Origin: Eukaryota sp. TZLM1-RC
Taxonomy: Eukaryota; Protista; Metamonada: BaSk clade
NCBI GenBank assembly: GCA_040285825.1
Contig: JAUPSS010000001.1
Coordinates: 3,038,001 to 3,102,000, forward strand
Direction of reading: 5' to 3'
Length of the DNA stretch: 64,000 nt
Both the position numbers and the translations under genes were made by a program. The notes below the pieces were generated by a model. It worked only from the letters and a program-made list of their open reading frames with translations. It ran no database searches and was not told where the DNA came from. Numbering within the stretch: the first letter of the stretch is position 1; each line of letters starts with the position of its first letter. This document shows positions 47,090 through 57,972 of the stretch, piece by piece.

Positions 47090-48120
47090 AATATAAATTC
47101 CAATACAGAAAAGGGTAGGTTCAAAAGGATTCCTTTGTTTCACCAGATGATGATTTTAGAGAAAAATCATATATCATTAAACATAGAACAAATAACTATA
47201 AAATGAATTGCTTCTTCATTATAGCTTACTGCTCCTTGTTGTCTCTTTCTCTTAATCGTTTCCACTACTGAATGTTTTTGAATTCGTTACATCATGCATT
47301 GAAACCTCAGTCCAAAGGGTTATGAGATTGATTTCCATTATTTTTCCAAACAATTTGGTTTACTTTCGAAAAAATTTTGCATTTATCTTGTGATGAAAAG
47401 ATTGCTGTCCCTTTTAAAACGCTCTTGGAGCTTCTTAGACGGCCACCTATTAATGTAAATCAACAAATTGTATTCTCTTTTTTCAACGTCTTGCCAATTT
47501 TCCTTAAAACAGATTTGTGTACGTGGATGATCTCATTTGAATAAGCATCACTTTCCATTTTTGACGTTGTTGATAGTGCACTGGAATGTAAATGTGATAA
47601 AGAGACTGCTGTCGAATTTGAACTGCTCTTGCAGCTTATCAGATGGCCGCTTATCAAAGTAAATCGTGTACTTTTCTGTTTTGTGCTGGTAGTTTAGTAT
47701 CTTTTTGAAATGTTGATAACTGAAGGTGGAGTAAATTGTGAAGGAAGTGTTGAGTTGTCGTAGTTGTAAGCTCTGTTGATGACAATAAACAAAAGTTTCT
47801 CAAAAAAATGTTAGTTCAGAGAAATGTTTTTGAATCACTTCGTAAATTGCTTTCCAATTTACACTATTGAAATTTGAATTGAAACAGATTTGAAGCAACA
47901 ACTCAGGCGAAAGAGCAATAACTGAAGGTATGTCAATTGTATGGATAGACAATTGAACAGGTGAAAGCAACTTTTCATCTCTTCTAGCAATCTTATGCAA
48001 GACAAAAGAAGCAAGCATACATAAAAGTAATTCGCCAAAAAAGTGAAAAAAATGGTATGAATTCCGGATTCATATTGGATGCGTTTCCAGACCAATTTTA
48101 TTTTAGTGCTGCTACAATAA
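47090..48120 (-). mobile_element. Heavily decayed CRE-like RT pieces (about 47090-47200 and 47800-48120) separated by unrelated sequence
   Basis: LLSPVQLSIHTID..NFNSVNWKAIYEVIQKHFSEL, and FSLKSSSG/KQRNPFEP (degenerate SGVKQGDPLGP). Confidence 0.6.
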
Positions 48121-49251
48121 GAAATTTTGGTGATTATGAATCACTGTTTGAATCAAGTTGAACTCCAACTTTTCTGTAATGCTGACGCCAGAGCATCAGT
48201 CATGACAACAGTTTGTTTTATATGACGTGTAGGACACCAACCGTGACGTGTTCATTCTTCCAGTCTTCATCAACAAAATTACAAAGAGACATGGGGTTCT
48301 GATTTAACAGTATTGAACTATTTTTCGAGTTTTTCTTTTGTTACACCTGTACCCTGTAACAATTGATCTCATAATTGACTGAAGTTGGATATTAATCCAG
48401 TTGAAGGTACTAAAGTAGCTACAAAGGCGAAGTAAAGCAATCAGATTGAAGGATATCCAGTAAATTTATTTATACTTTATCAAGTTTTATTTATTCTTTT
48501 TTATTTGTTTATTCTTCATCGCCTGACGGCAAGTGTTAGTGAAAAGTTCCGAATGATCCGCAATTATTTTTGTACAGTTTCTGTTTGCACATTGAATTAT
48601 TTTTCATAAAGTTGTTGTCTCAGCTGCTTGTATTTTTATTTCAATGAAGTAAATTATTTAATAAATAACAATAGACAAAAAACAAAAACCAAGCCACTTA
48701 TTATCGATGAGATTTGTCAAATTAATTAATTAATCAATATTGTGATTAATTTCATAAATTTTTTAAAATTCCAATTAATTGCTGGAATACATTATGTTGC
48801 AAGTTGATTGGACAACTGATTTTCAATTCAATTATTTGCCATTATTTATTATTTATTTATTATTAAAAATAAGACCAGGATTTTTCAACTTCCTTCCTGT
48901 TTTCTGGGAGTCTCAATGGAAGTTTTCTTTCAACTTCAAACTTTTGTTCATTGCACTGCTTTGAAGAAAACAAATACATCTAATTTAGAGAAATAATAAT
49001 GTAATGTTCCCAAAAAGACTCTGAAGGAAAATGTGAAAGTGAAACAAAGCACATAACGATCATACAGCATCATGTTTACAATGGTAAGGACACTGTCTAT
49101 TAAAGCATCTCATCCTTTCGACCCAGAAATTTTTTGTTGAATTTTTAATACCCAGAAATTGAAATAGTTTCCCAGAGGCAAAAGACTGAATTTGTTGCTC
49201 CAATTTAATTCCACTTTACACCTAAATACTGAACAAATCTTTGCATCAACA

Positions 49252-51927
49252 ATGTCAGAGGAAGACCAAATGGCTCCAGACGATCTTTATTATTCATCTG
49301 ATGATGATAACTACATCCCTTCTTCATACGTCTTATCAGGTCCCGCTCGTGAAGAACTCAAGAAGGACATCCTAGAGCAATTGGACCTTGCTAAATCACT
49401 ACTTCGCGAACGTCAAAATGAACTCAGCGTTACCAAAACAGAAAAAGACGACCTTGCTGTCCAAATCTACTCTCGTCAACGTGAACTGGGACTGACGCAG
49501 TCTAAACTTGATGATGTAGCCTCTCAAATTGAAGAATTACAACAAAAACGAACCGAACATGAGGTTTTGCGTGATACGGCCAAGAAAAGCCTTGACCAGA
49601 CTACCACAGAAGCTCAAAATATCACATCATCCATCAGAAAACTGCAGAATGAACTTGACCGCATCAATGACTCACTCCGTCTTGCTTCCCAATACCAAGA
49701 TGCTGAGGTGGATCATATAGAATTAATGAGAAGAGCCGCACACAAAGGAGAAGAAGAAATAAGTGAGATGGAAGTAGTAAAGAAGGCTCAGGATATGAGA
49801 CTAGTCCAGCATCAGCAGAAAATTCAGACACAAGAAGAAACATTGGCAATCGTGCAGGGTCAAATAGAGGGTCAAAAATCAGAAGTTGAAGTGGCCAGGT
49901 CAATATTGCGTGATGCTACCAATCAAATTGAGCAGATTGAAGCCGATAAACGTCACGTTTTGACCCAGTGGAAGGCTAGTGTTATCGGAATGAGTAAACG
50001 TGACAAGATACTATCGGAAACTAGGTCAGAAATAGACGAAGAAGGTCAAAAACTCACATCATGCCAGTCAGAATTGAGCTCTATTAATAAATTGATTAGC
50101 TCAAGTACAGACCAAGCCGAAAAATTAAGCTTTGAACTGAAAAAGAAACATGCTGAATTGAGATCTCTGGAAACTAAATTAAACAAGTTCAAGGAGGAAG
50201 AAAACAAAATAGCATTTCAATTTAAAAAGGTTCAGGAGCAATTGAATCAAATAGAGGATCAAAAAGGTGCCGAAGCCAAGATAAGTCAAGATTTAGAAAG
50301 GGAAAAGTCGTTGTTGGTCAAGCGAAAGAGTCAAATAGATGAGGGAATAGTAAAGACTAGGCAAAAGATCAATGATGCGATTAATGAGACGATTACCCTT
50401 GACCGGACAAGAAATCACGTGATGGATGACGTAAAAGAGGTTCAAAAAAGAATAGAACAGGTCGAAAATGAATTGATTTCTCAGGAAAATGAGAAGTACA
50501 GAATGTATCTTGATGTTCAAACTGTCGAATCTAACCTTCACCAGCTCAAAACCACACGTGATGAGGGTCTAAGTCAGTTGAAATCTCTTGAAAACGTAGT
50601 CCACGAACTCGAAGTTGCCATAAGAAAACGACATGATGACATTGCAAAGAAACAAAACAAGCTTCAATTACTGAATCACAAATTCGAGTCACTAACATCA
50701 CATGTAGTTGACGAGAATCTTGGAGAAAACGAGGCCAAAATTGCTAATTTAGAGCGTGAAATTAGAAAGATGGAAGAAATTTGTTTATCTCTTGAATCTG
50801 CGTGGTTGAGGAAGCAAACGGAGCTTGTTGATTTGCAGAATAAGGAAGACTTTACACGTGATTCGGTCAAAAAGCTAAGCGCAAAAGCTTTGATTTTGAC
50901 TCAACGACAAGTTCGATTGGAAACTCACGTCAGTGGTTTGAAAAAGTCAATCAATCAATTGTCGAGAGGGGTTGATTCGATTCATCACCGAATGGAACGA
51001 ATTAATCATTTCAGCGCTCGTTTAGAGAAGAACAGAACCGAATTAGAGAATGAAATATTCAATACTGAGACAGAATTCACGGTAAAACTAGGTGAATATG
51101 AAGCAGAGTGTTTAAAAATAGATAAGGGAATTGAAGAAATTAAGAACGCTAGAGAAACTTTACTAACAGATATTCCGGAAGCAGAACAGCAAATCCAACT
51201 TTTCGAGCGAATGATTCAACTACAACGAGAAATGGAAGCTACGTTGGACCCTGCTGCTGATGAAGGGGTTGTCAAGTCAATGGAGCAAGAGATTCAGAGG
51301 ATGAAGCTTCGGTTGAAGGAGTTGAAGAAAAGACAAGCTGAGGCGACAGACGTTATGGTAAAGTCCATTCAAAAAAGGAAATTTATTAGGTTAAAAGCAC
51401 AGGCCGGAAAGGGAAAGAGCAGTAACGAAAACGTCAAGTTGGCAAAATTTAGACGACAAGTTCAATTCTCTGATGAACAGATCAACCAAATTTCTAATGA
51501 TCTCTTTTCTTTAAGGGACAGTGAGTCCCAAGTCTCAACTCTTCTTGACGAGCTGGATGCAGAATGTAAAATGTATCAAGACGAAATTTTACACTTGTCA
51601 CAAGAATTGACACGTCATCATGACGAGAAGGAGCAATTAGTATTACGTAACTCAAGGTTACAAACACTGAAGAAGAGCTATGATAAACGCACTTCTGGCT
51701 CACGACCTCCTTCCTCCAAGAGTGTATCCTCGAGGCCGACCTCTGCCATGTCGGTTAGCTCAAATGTTTCAGCAGGCGGTGTAAAACTTGAGGATTTGGT
51801 TGATCATCATGGTGCATTGGTAGAGCTTTTGGATAATATTTATGATAAGGTTGATGTTGATTCTGATGCATTCAAGGCACTGCGGCGGTTACGGAATTTG
51901 GCAAACAGTTGTAGTGGTCTTTGTTGA
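49252..51927 (+). CDS. CCDC40: CCDC40/FAP172 axonemal 96-nm ruler protein
   Basis: About 890-aa coiled coil: EKDDLAVQIYSRQREL, KKAQDMRL, LGENEAKI, FERMIQLQREMEATLDP..MEQEIQRMKLR. Confidence 0.8.
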   Translation: MSEEDQMAPDDLYYSSDDDNYIPSSYVLSGPAREELKKDILEQLDLAKSLLRERQNELSVTKTEKDDLAVQIYSRQRELGLTQSKLDDVASQIEELQQKRTEHEVLRDTAKKSLDQTTTEAQNITSSIRKLQNELDRINDSLRLASQYQDAEVDHIELMRRAAHKGEEEISEMEVVKKAQDMRLVQHQQKIQTQEETLAIVQGQIEGQKSEVEVARSILRDATNQIEQIEADKRHVLTQWKASVIGMSKRDKILSETRSEIDEEGQKLTSCQSELSSINKLISSSTDQAEKLSFELKKKHAELRSLETKLNKFKEEENKIAFQFKKVQEQLNQIEDQKGAEAKISQDLEREKSLLVKRKSQIDEGIVKTRQKINDAINETITLDRTRNHVMDDVKEVQKRIEQVENELISQENEKYRMYLDVQTVESNLHQLKTTRDEGLSQLKSLENVVHELEVAIRKRHDDIAKKQNKLQLLNHKFESLTSHVVDENLGENEAKIANLEREIRKMEEICLSLESAWLRKQTELVDLQNKEDFTRDSVKKLSAKALILTQRQVRLETHVSGLKKSINQLSRGVDSIHHRMERINHFSARLEKNRTELENEIFNTETEFTVKLGEYEAECLKIDKGIEEIKNARETLLTDIPEAEQQIQLFERMIQLQREMEATLDPAADEGVVKSMEQEIQRMKLRLKELKKRQAEATDVMVKSIQKRKFIRLKAQAGKGKSSNENVKLAKFRRQVQFSDEQINQISNDLFSLRDSESQVSTLLDELDAECKMYQDEILHLSQELTRHHDEKEQLVLRNSRLQTLKKSYDKRTSGSRPPSSKSVSSRPTSAMSVSSNVSAGGVKLEDLVDHHGALVELLDNIYDKVDVDSDAFKALRRLRNLANSCSGLC

Positions 51928-52565
51928 AGTTTTTTGGTTTTTTAAATAATTTAAATTTATAAATGCTTGTATTTTGATGATTGTTTGCTAATACTTTTTT
52001 TTAATCAGATTATTAATTGATAAGTGAATCACAGGTGCTGACGTTTTTTTGTTACTTCAACAAGTCTATATTCATTTATTCAGAGTTTAGGGTTAATTGA
52101 CAAATCGTATATTAGTTTTCCACCATTGTTAATATTGGAACTCCTGTATTCACATTGACATCTGCTGTTGAACAATGTATTCATTCCTATAGAAAATCTA
52201 TGCAATATGATAAAGAGTTTGCCTCAGATATTGTTTAGAAATATGGTGAATTCAAACAAGAACAATTTAGAAATCAAAAGTATTGGACTATCGTTCATGT
52301 GAATTTAATGGAGATTGGTGACACAATAACAACTGTTGTAGCAGTGTGGTGAGCAACAGTATAGCTGATTCCAACTACATTTGAATTTCAAAATTTGAAA
52401 AAGAAGTTCTCTCAATTCCATTAATTTTATTAAACAAAAGATGTTGAAATACAATTATTCAAATAGAATTCTAAATCGTTCTTTTTTTAATTTTCAAGTT
52501 TATCAATTTTTAGGATCAATTCTGCTTGTACCTAGGATTTGTTTTTTAATTTTTGTATTAAAAAC

Positions 52566-53090
52566 CTATACATCAACATCTAAATAATCCATCTCTCCCA
52601 AAACAAAAACACTGGACGCAACTCTCTTATAGTGAGATCCAAGTGAAAGCAAAGCATCAGAAACCATCTTCAACATTCCCTTATAAATAGAAAATATAAT
52701 TCTATTTTGCCAAAACAATGTGTTGAAATTTCTGTTAGTTCTTCTCTTTACCATCATTTCAAAATCTGCCAAGAAACGTAAAGCAGTTGGAGTAAGTGAA
52801 CCAAATAGAGAAAATACAAATGGATACAAATTGTATTTTGCATGCTGTTGGCTGAGCATTTTGGACAAAGGTTCATTGTATTTTTTGAATTTGAAATTTT
52901 CAGCATTTGAAAGAGGATTATGAATTTCAGAATTAGCAAGCCTTTCATTTGAGGCATTGTTTTAATTTTATTTTTTTACAAGGATCAACAGACATCAAAT
53001 CCAATAAAATGAAATTCCTTTCTAATCCAGGTAATGAGACATCACCTCTATTATTCTTATGAAATTCATTTTCAGTTTCAACTAGATTTG
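52566..53090 (-). mobile_element. CRE-like RLE 3' fragment
   Basis: RGDVSLPG, YNLYPFVFSLFGSL..FWQNRIIFSIYKG..GEMDYLDVDV; same subfamily as 40480-41270. Confidence 0.88.
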
Positions 53091-53146
53091 ACAAATCTTC
53101 CAGTCAGAAATAGAAAATGTTCCTCATTTAATTGAAGCATAAACTC

Positions 53147-54190
53147 ATGCTTCGTATCCACCGATCTAATGATACTTACACATTGAGCGCAGATGATTCA
53201 ATACATATAAGCCACACCACATGCTCTGCTGCTTCTGAAGTCGTCAGTGTGTCCATTCCTGGTGGTCATAGTTGCTCAATCTTGACACTTCCACATCTCC
53301 CTTTACGTACCTTCAACTCACTCCCCAGCTTTATAAGCTCAATGCCTAACCTGCCTTATCCTGATGACTCCTCTGATACATTCACCAACACTGTTCTTTC
53401 CAACCATCCTCAGTTCGTGATCATCCCTGCAAACTTCAACTTTTGCTCTCCTTTCATTGCATTAACTTCAAAGTCATCCACTTGCTTCATTCTTCTCAAA
53501 CCTGGTTCTACTGCCACTCTCAACGTCTCTCGCCCTCCACATTTCGCAACTGACCATATCTTCCCTAATCCATGGCTCTTCCACTCACCACCTCCCACCT
53601 TGCGAAAGGAACGAAAAAGAAAGGCTGCTCCTCAAGATTGTAAGTTGTGTGGCTTAATCTCACAACAGCAATCAATCAAACAATCATTTGATTGTAGCTC
53701 AATCATTTTCCCTTTACACCAAATATCCCCCCTTCATCACATTGCCGTTCCTAACCAACACTTCACTAGTGTAGCTTGTATGCCTGCTAAGATGCGAGAT
53801 TCGCTAGTAGCTAATGCTTTAAACATCGGAATTGAGGGACTCAAGGATAGTCAAGAGTCAAGAAAAGTCATTCTTTTTGAGCGTTTTTTCTCAAAAAATC
53901 CTCTTAATCATTGTTTTCTTGATATTTTACCAATTAATCAAGATTTAATTCCGTTGATTTTTAACACTTTAAAAATTAAACTTTCTGAATTGCATCATTT
54001 CGTGTTAAATAGTTTAAATGATTTTAATTCGGTCTTTACTGGTAATTATTATGTTTTCTTTGGCGAAGTTTTGGTTGTTAATGGTGAGGTTAATGATGTT
54101 TTTTACCATGTTTTTGTTGATCATCAAGGACTTGGTGTTATTAATTCCTCTTTGCTGTATGATGTGGTTGGGCCTTTTTTGGATGACTGA
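53147..54190 (+). CDS. CWF19-like (CwfJ domain; Drn1/CWF19L1-type) lariat-turnover factor, divergent
   Basis: CKLC..HHIAVPNQHFTS..VILFER..HCFLDILPI matches the CwfJ_C_1 pattern; FIAL..FIL..NPW resembles the CWF19L1 linker. Confidence 0.65.
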   Translation: MLRIHRSNDTYTLSADDSIHISHTTCSAASEVVSVSIPGGHSCSILTLPHLPLRTFNSLPSFISSMPNLPYPDDSSDTFTNTVLSNHPQFVIIPANFNFCSPFIALTSKSSTCFILLKPGSTATLNVSRPPHFATDHIFPNPWLFHSPPPTLRKERKRKAAPQDCKLCGLISQQQSIKQSFDCSSIIFPLHQISPLHHIAVPNQHFTSVACMPAKMRDSLVANALNIGIEGLKDSQESRKVILFERFFSKNPLNHCFLDILPINQDLIPLIFNTLKIKLSELHHFVLNSLNDFNSVFTGNYYVFFGEVLVVNGEVNDVFYHVFVDHQGLGVINSSLLYDVVGPFLDD

Positions 54191-54218
54191 GTGTTTTTCA
54201 ATTAAAATTATTTTTTGT

Positions 54219-54260
54219 TTTTTATTTATTTATTTATTTATTTATTTGTTTATTTATTTA
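54219..54260. repeat. (TTTA)n microsatellite
   Basis: About ten imperfect TTTA units. Confidence 0.85.
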
Positions 54261-54405
54261 TAGTTGTTTTGATTTTAACTGAGTGTATTGTTTTTGTTGA
54301 CATAACATGCTGGTGCACGACCATGTTCAACTTTCATCGCTATTTGTTTGTTTCTAATTTCATTTTTGTTAATTCATTCGTTCATTACTTAATTTGGTTC
54401 ACAAT

Positions 54406-54970
54406 TAGCGCTGTCCAAGTTCAGTTCAGTTCAGTTCAGTTTGGAAATTTTTTTGGAACCTGAACTGAACTGAACCTAATAAGACTGAACCTGAACTGAA
54501 CTGAACCAGTTTCGAACCGGTATTATAGAAGAATAGTCTTTTTTAAAAGTATTTATTATGAAAACAATACAAACTAATTTCCTAAATATCTTCTCCATTC
54601 CTTTAGAGAGACTAATGCCTCTACACTTTCATCACACAATGAAACTCTGTGTGACCAGCCGAGCTAAACAATTGTTGGGTGAAGTAAAAGGCGAAGATAT
54701 TGTGTGTTCATCCATAGAAATGAAACGACAAAAGCCAATTGCAAAATATAAACTTTGATTTGACAGTTTGAAAAACCAAATTAAACAAAAATTGAGCATA
54801 CGTTTATTAATTACTGGATAATTTATATGTATTTTATGTCATTGCAATAACTGTATACAAGTTATAAACAGTGGTAGAAAACAAGCTGAACCATTGGGTA
54901 AACTGGTTCAGAACCAGTTCAAACTAGTTCGGAAGCTGAACCTGAACTGAACAGAACCTGGACAGTCCTA
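54406..54970. mobile_element. Non-autonomous hAT-like DNA transposon (MITE), 565 bp
   Basis: Imperfect TIRs: tagcgctgtccaagttcagttcagttcag (left) and taggactgtccaggttctgttcagttcag (right, reverse complement). Subterminal GTTCA/TGAAC arrays. 8-bp flanks ttcacaat / ggcacaat match 6/8. Confidence 0.8.
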
Positions 54971-56170
54971 GGCACAATGGCTATTTAATTATTATTGATA
55001 ATTATAATAATTATTGAAAAAAGGTGATTTTGGTCAAGATTCAAATATTGTCTTACAACCTCACAAAGTAACAGATAACTTAAATTCATTGTAGAAAAAC
55101 TAGTAATAAATAATAATATATCTATTCAATTGCTTGCATGATTTAAAAGCTTTTTCATGGATTAAACCAAATCTAGATGAAGATATCCAAGATTAATCTG
55201 AAAATATTTGAGTAACCACTGTTGATGCTTCTCAAAATCTTTCATATGGAGTTCTGAGTACTGAAATTCTGATGAACATTTCCTTTGGTTTGTAAAAAAA
55301 GAAGAATTCTCATTGTCATGGGCACAGCTTATTTTCATTGATAGATAGGTTATAGTAATGTTGACTCAAGAATGCCATGGTTGTTGTCTAGTCATGAAAT
55401 TTAAAACTGATGAATTAAATTAACAATCAAGGTAGTTTTGGAGCTATTGTATTCTCGAAGCGTATTTGAGGAACTTCAAAGTCAGTAGAAAACTTCTATT
55501 TTATTTTGATTTTTGTATTGTATTTTTTAAAAAAAAACTTTTGAGACCGATCTACAAATGCCTTAGTAGCATTTGGTAGAACCACTTAGATACATCAAAC
55601 AGATAAGTGACGTCATCAACACTATACTTGGCCCTTGGAGGAGGAGGAGGAGGAGATGACTGTTAAACTTTAAAGCCAAAAGATTCATCAGCATGAGGAG
55701 CTTCTCTGGCCAAAGACTTTGTTCAAAGATTCATGAAATATGTAACAATCCATTTTGTGCTAAAAATGTTGAACAACTGGCCATATTGGAATGAACACCT
55801 ATTAAATAAATTCTCAAATTACATTTTATTAAACTTACACAATTGACAAAACGCAAGAAAATGTTTGGAGCCAATTTAATTAATTAATTCGAATTAATTC
55901 CCAAATCATATTTGTTACATATAATTTGTCTGATAAATTGAGTGGTTTATGCTGACATCAGGTATGGTGACAGACAGGGCATCCGAACCTGAATCCAAGG
56001 ATATAGGTTTCACTCATAGCAGCGTTAGCATTTACCGTCATAACATTTCAAATGAAAACCACAGGAAGTCATAATGAAGAGTCATATGAATACATAATTA
56101 TTGAACATGCACAGTTTTTGGAAACCATTCCACAAGGTTCCTGTTTCCCCGAGCTGCTGATATTAATATC

Positions 56171-56411
56171 AAGATCATTTTCATACATTCCAGTCAATCG
56201 TTTCTGTAATGTTCAAAGAGTGTACTTCAAATTTTAAACATTCTTTTCTGGAATATTGCCATTGAATGATTGGGGAAAGCATCGACTCCATTTTTCTACA
56301 TCAATTTTTGAAATTTCTGCATTTAATGCAAAAACAGTGGAACTTTGCGTTGTCATCAATAAATCTTCCTAATCGGCATATCTTTCGGAAAACTCAAAAA
56401 TTGCATTTCTG
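56171..56411 (-). mobile_element. Internal CRE-like fragment, near-copy of about 18763-19003
   Basis: Direct nucleotide match (tcatacattccagtcaatc..gccattgaatgattgggga..ttgcatttctg). Confidence 0.9.
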
Positions 56412-56478
56412 AAGAGTCTTGATTCATTTCATCAACTTCCCCAAATCTCAACAAGTTACATTTTTGTGCTATTAGCCG

Positions 56479-57543
56479 ATGTCACTCCACAACTATTTCA
56501 AATCATCTAAACCTTCTTCAGCACCTCAACTAAGTGCTCCAGCTCCTGTAGTCACTCCATGGATAGAGAAATTTCGTCCACAACGCTTATCAGATGTTGC
56601 TTGCCAAGAAGAAACAGTTGCAGCACTTACTGAATGTATCTCTTCTGGTGATCTCCCTCACCTTCTTTTCTACGGACCCCCTGGTACCGGCAAGACCTCC
56701 ACCATACTTGCAGCCGCCAGAGAGCTCTATGGTCCTCATCTCATACGCAAACGTGTTCTAGAACTCAATGCATCTGATGAGCGTGGTATCCAAGTAGTGA
56801 GAGAAAAGATCAAGTCCTTTGCCCAAACTGCTGTGGGGGAAGGCGTTTCAGGTTATCCCTGCCCTCCTTACAAGATCATCATATTAGACGAAGCCGACGC
56901 CATGACACCTGATGCTCAAGCTGCCCTGAGGAGAATTATGGAACAGTATTCCCGAGTTACTAGGTTTTGTTTAATTTGTAATTATGTTTCTAGAATTATT
57001 GACCCTCTGACCTCGAGATGTGCTAAATTTAGATTTAAAATTGTTTCAGAGAATTCTGCAATTAAAAGACTTGAAACTATAGCCGCAGCCGAGCAAATGT
57101 CAGTTTCTGATGACACGCTGAAATTTTTGGTCTCTCTTTGTGATGGTGATTTGCGACGGGCAGTGAACTTGTTGCAAAGTGGTAGTTCGCTAGCCGGTAA
57201 ATCTGGTGTCATTACTACCGAATTAATAATGGAAATAGGAGGTTTAGTTGATGATGACGTGGTTTTTGAGCTGATCACGTCATCACAGAGCGGACTTTCC
57301 AAGACTTTGGAGTGTTGTGAGGAGATTATAGCAAATGGGTTTCCAGTGTCACAAATATTTCAAATTTTATCGAAGGTGATCTCTTCTAGTGAGTCATCTA
57401 ACCTGACGTCTTTGAGCTCTTTCAAAGCTTCCAAAATTTTGGTAAAGCTAGCTGAGGCTGATTCAGCTTTGAATGACGGAGCGGACGAATATTTGCAACT
57501 TTTAGATGTTGCGAGGCTGTTGAGCCGTTGTATGACGAGTTAG
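56479..57543 (+). CDS. RFC4: Replication factor C small subunit (human RFC4 / yeast Rfc2)
   Basis: PWIEKFRP, GPPGTGKT, LELNASDERG, CPPYKIIILDEAD, SRC motif. Confidence 0.93.
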   Translation: MSLHNYFKSSKPSSAPQLSAPAPVVTPWIEKFRPQRLSDVACQEETVAALTECISSGDLPHLLFYGPPGTGKTSTILAAARELYGPHLIRKRVLELNASDERGIQVVREKIKSFAQTAVGEGVSGYPCPPYKIIILDEADAMTPDAQAALRRIMEQYSRVTRFCLICNYVSRIIDPLTSRCAKFRFKIVSENSAIKRLETIAAAEQMSVSDDTLKFLVSLCDGDLRRAVNLLQSGSSLAGKSGVITTELIMEIGGLVDDDVVFELITSSQSGLSKTLECCEEIIANGFPVSQIFQILSKVISSSESSNLTSLSSFKASKILVKLAEADSALNDGADEYLQLLDVARLLSRCMTS

Positions 57544-57972
57544 GATCATTTTTGATGGGCTATTCATAAAACCAAAATTTTTGTTTATACTTTAATTTAA
57601 AAATAAATCATGTTTATTTCTTACATTTAAATTACTATTACCTATTACTGGTATTCTCAAACCAACAATATCCAGAAACTACTAGCTCCCTTAACTTTAA
57701 CTAATTACTTACATTTACTTGATGTTTAATGCCCAAAGCCCCAATTGTATGAAATTTAAATTGCAAATTTAAATAATTTTAGTTATAATTTGATCGAATA
57801 GGAAATGTCGCTTCAAAATTCTGTGAAATAATTTTTTTATTTAATTTTTTTTTTAATTCTGTTTTAAATGAATGCTGTGAAGCTAGTTATAGTATTTTTA
57901 GTTCAAAATCACATCCAAAGAACAAACTAAGCTAATAATTTACAATAATTTGAGTTTAAAGATATAATAATT

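Noticed and set aside
54415-54510. GTTCA/TGAAC repeats as a CRISPR-like array
   Set aside because: They are pentamer runs without unique spacers and are explained as MITE subterminal repeats; the context is eukaryotic and there are no cas genes.
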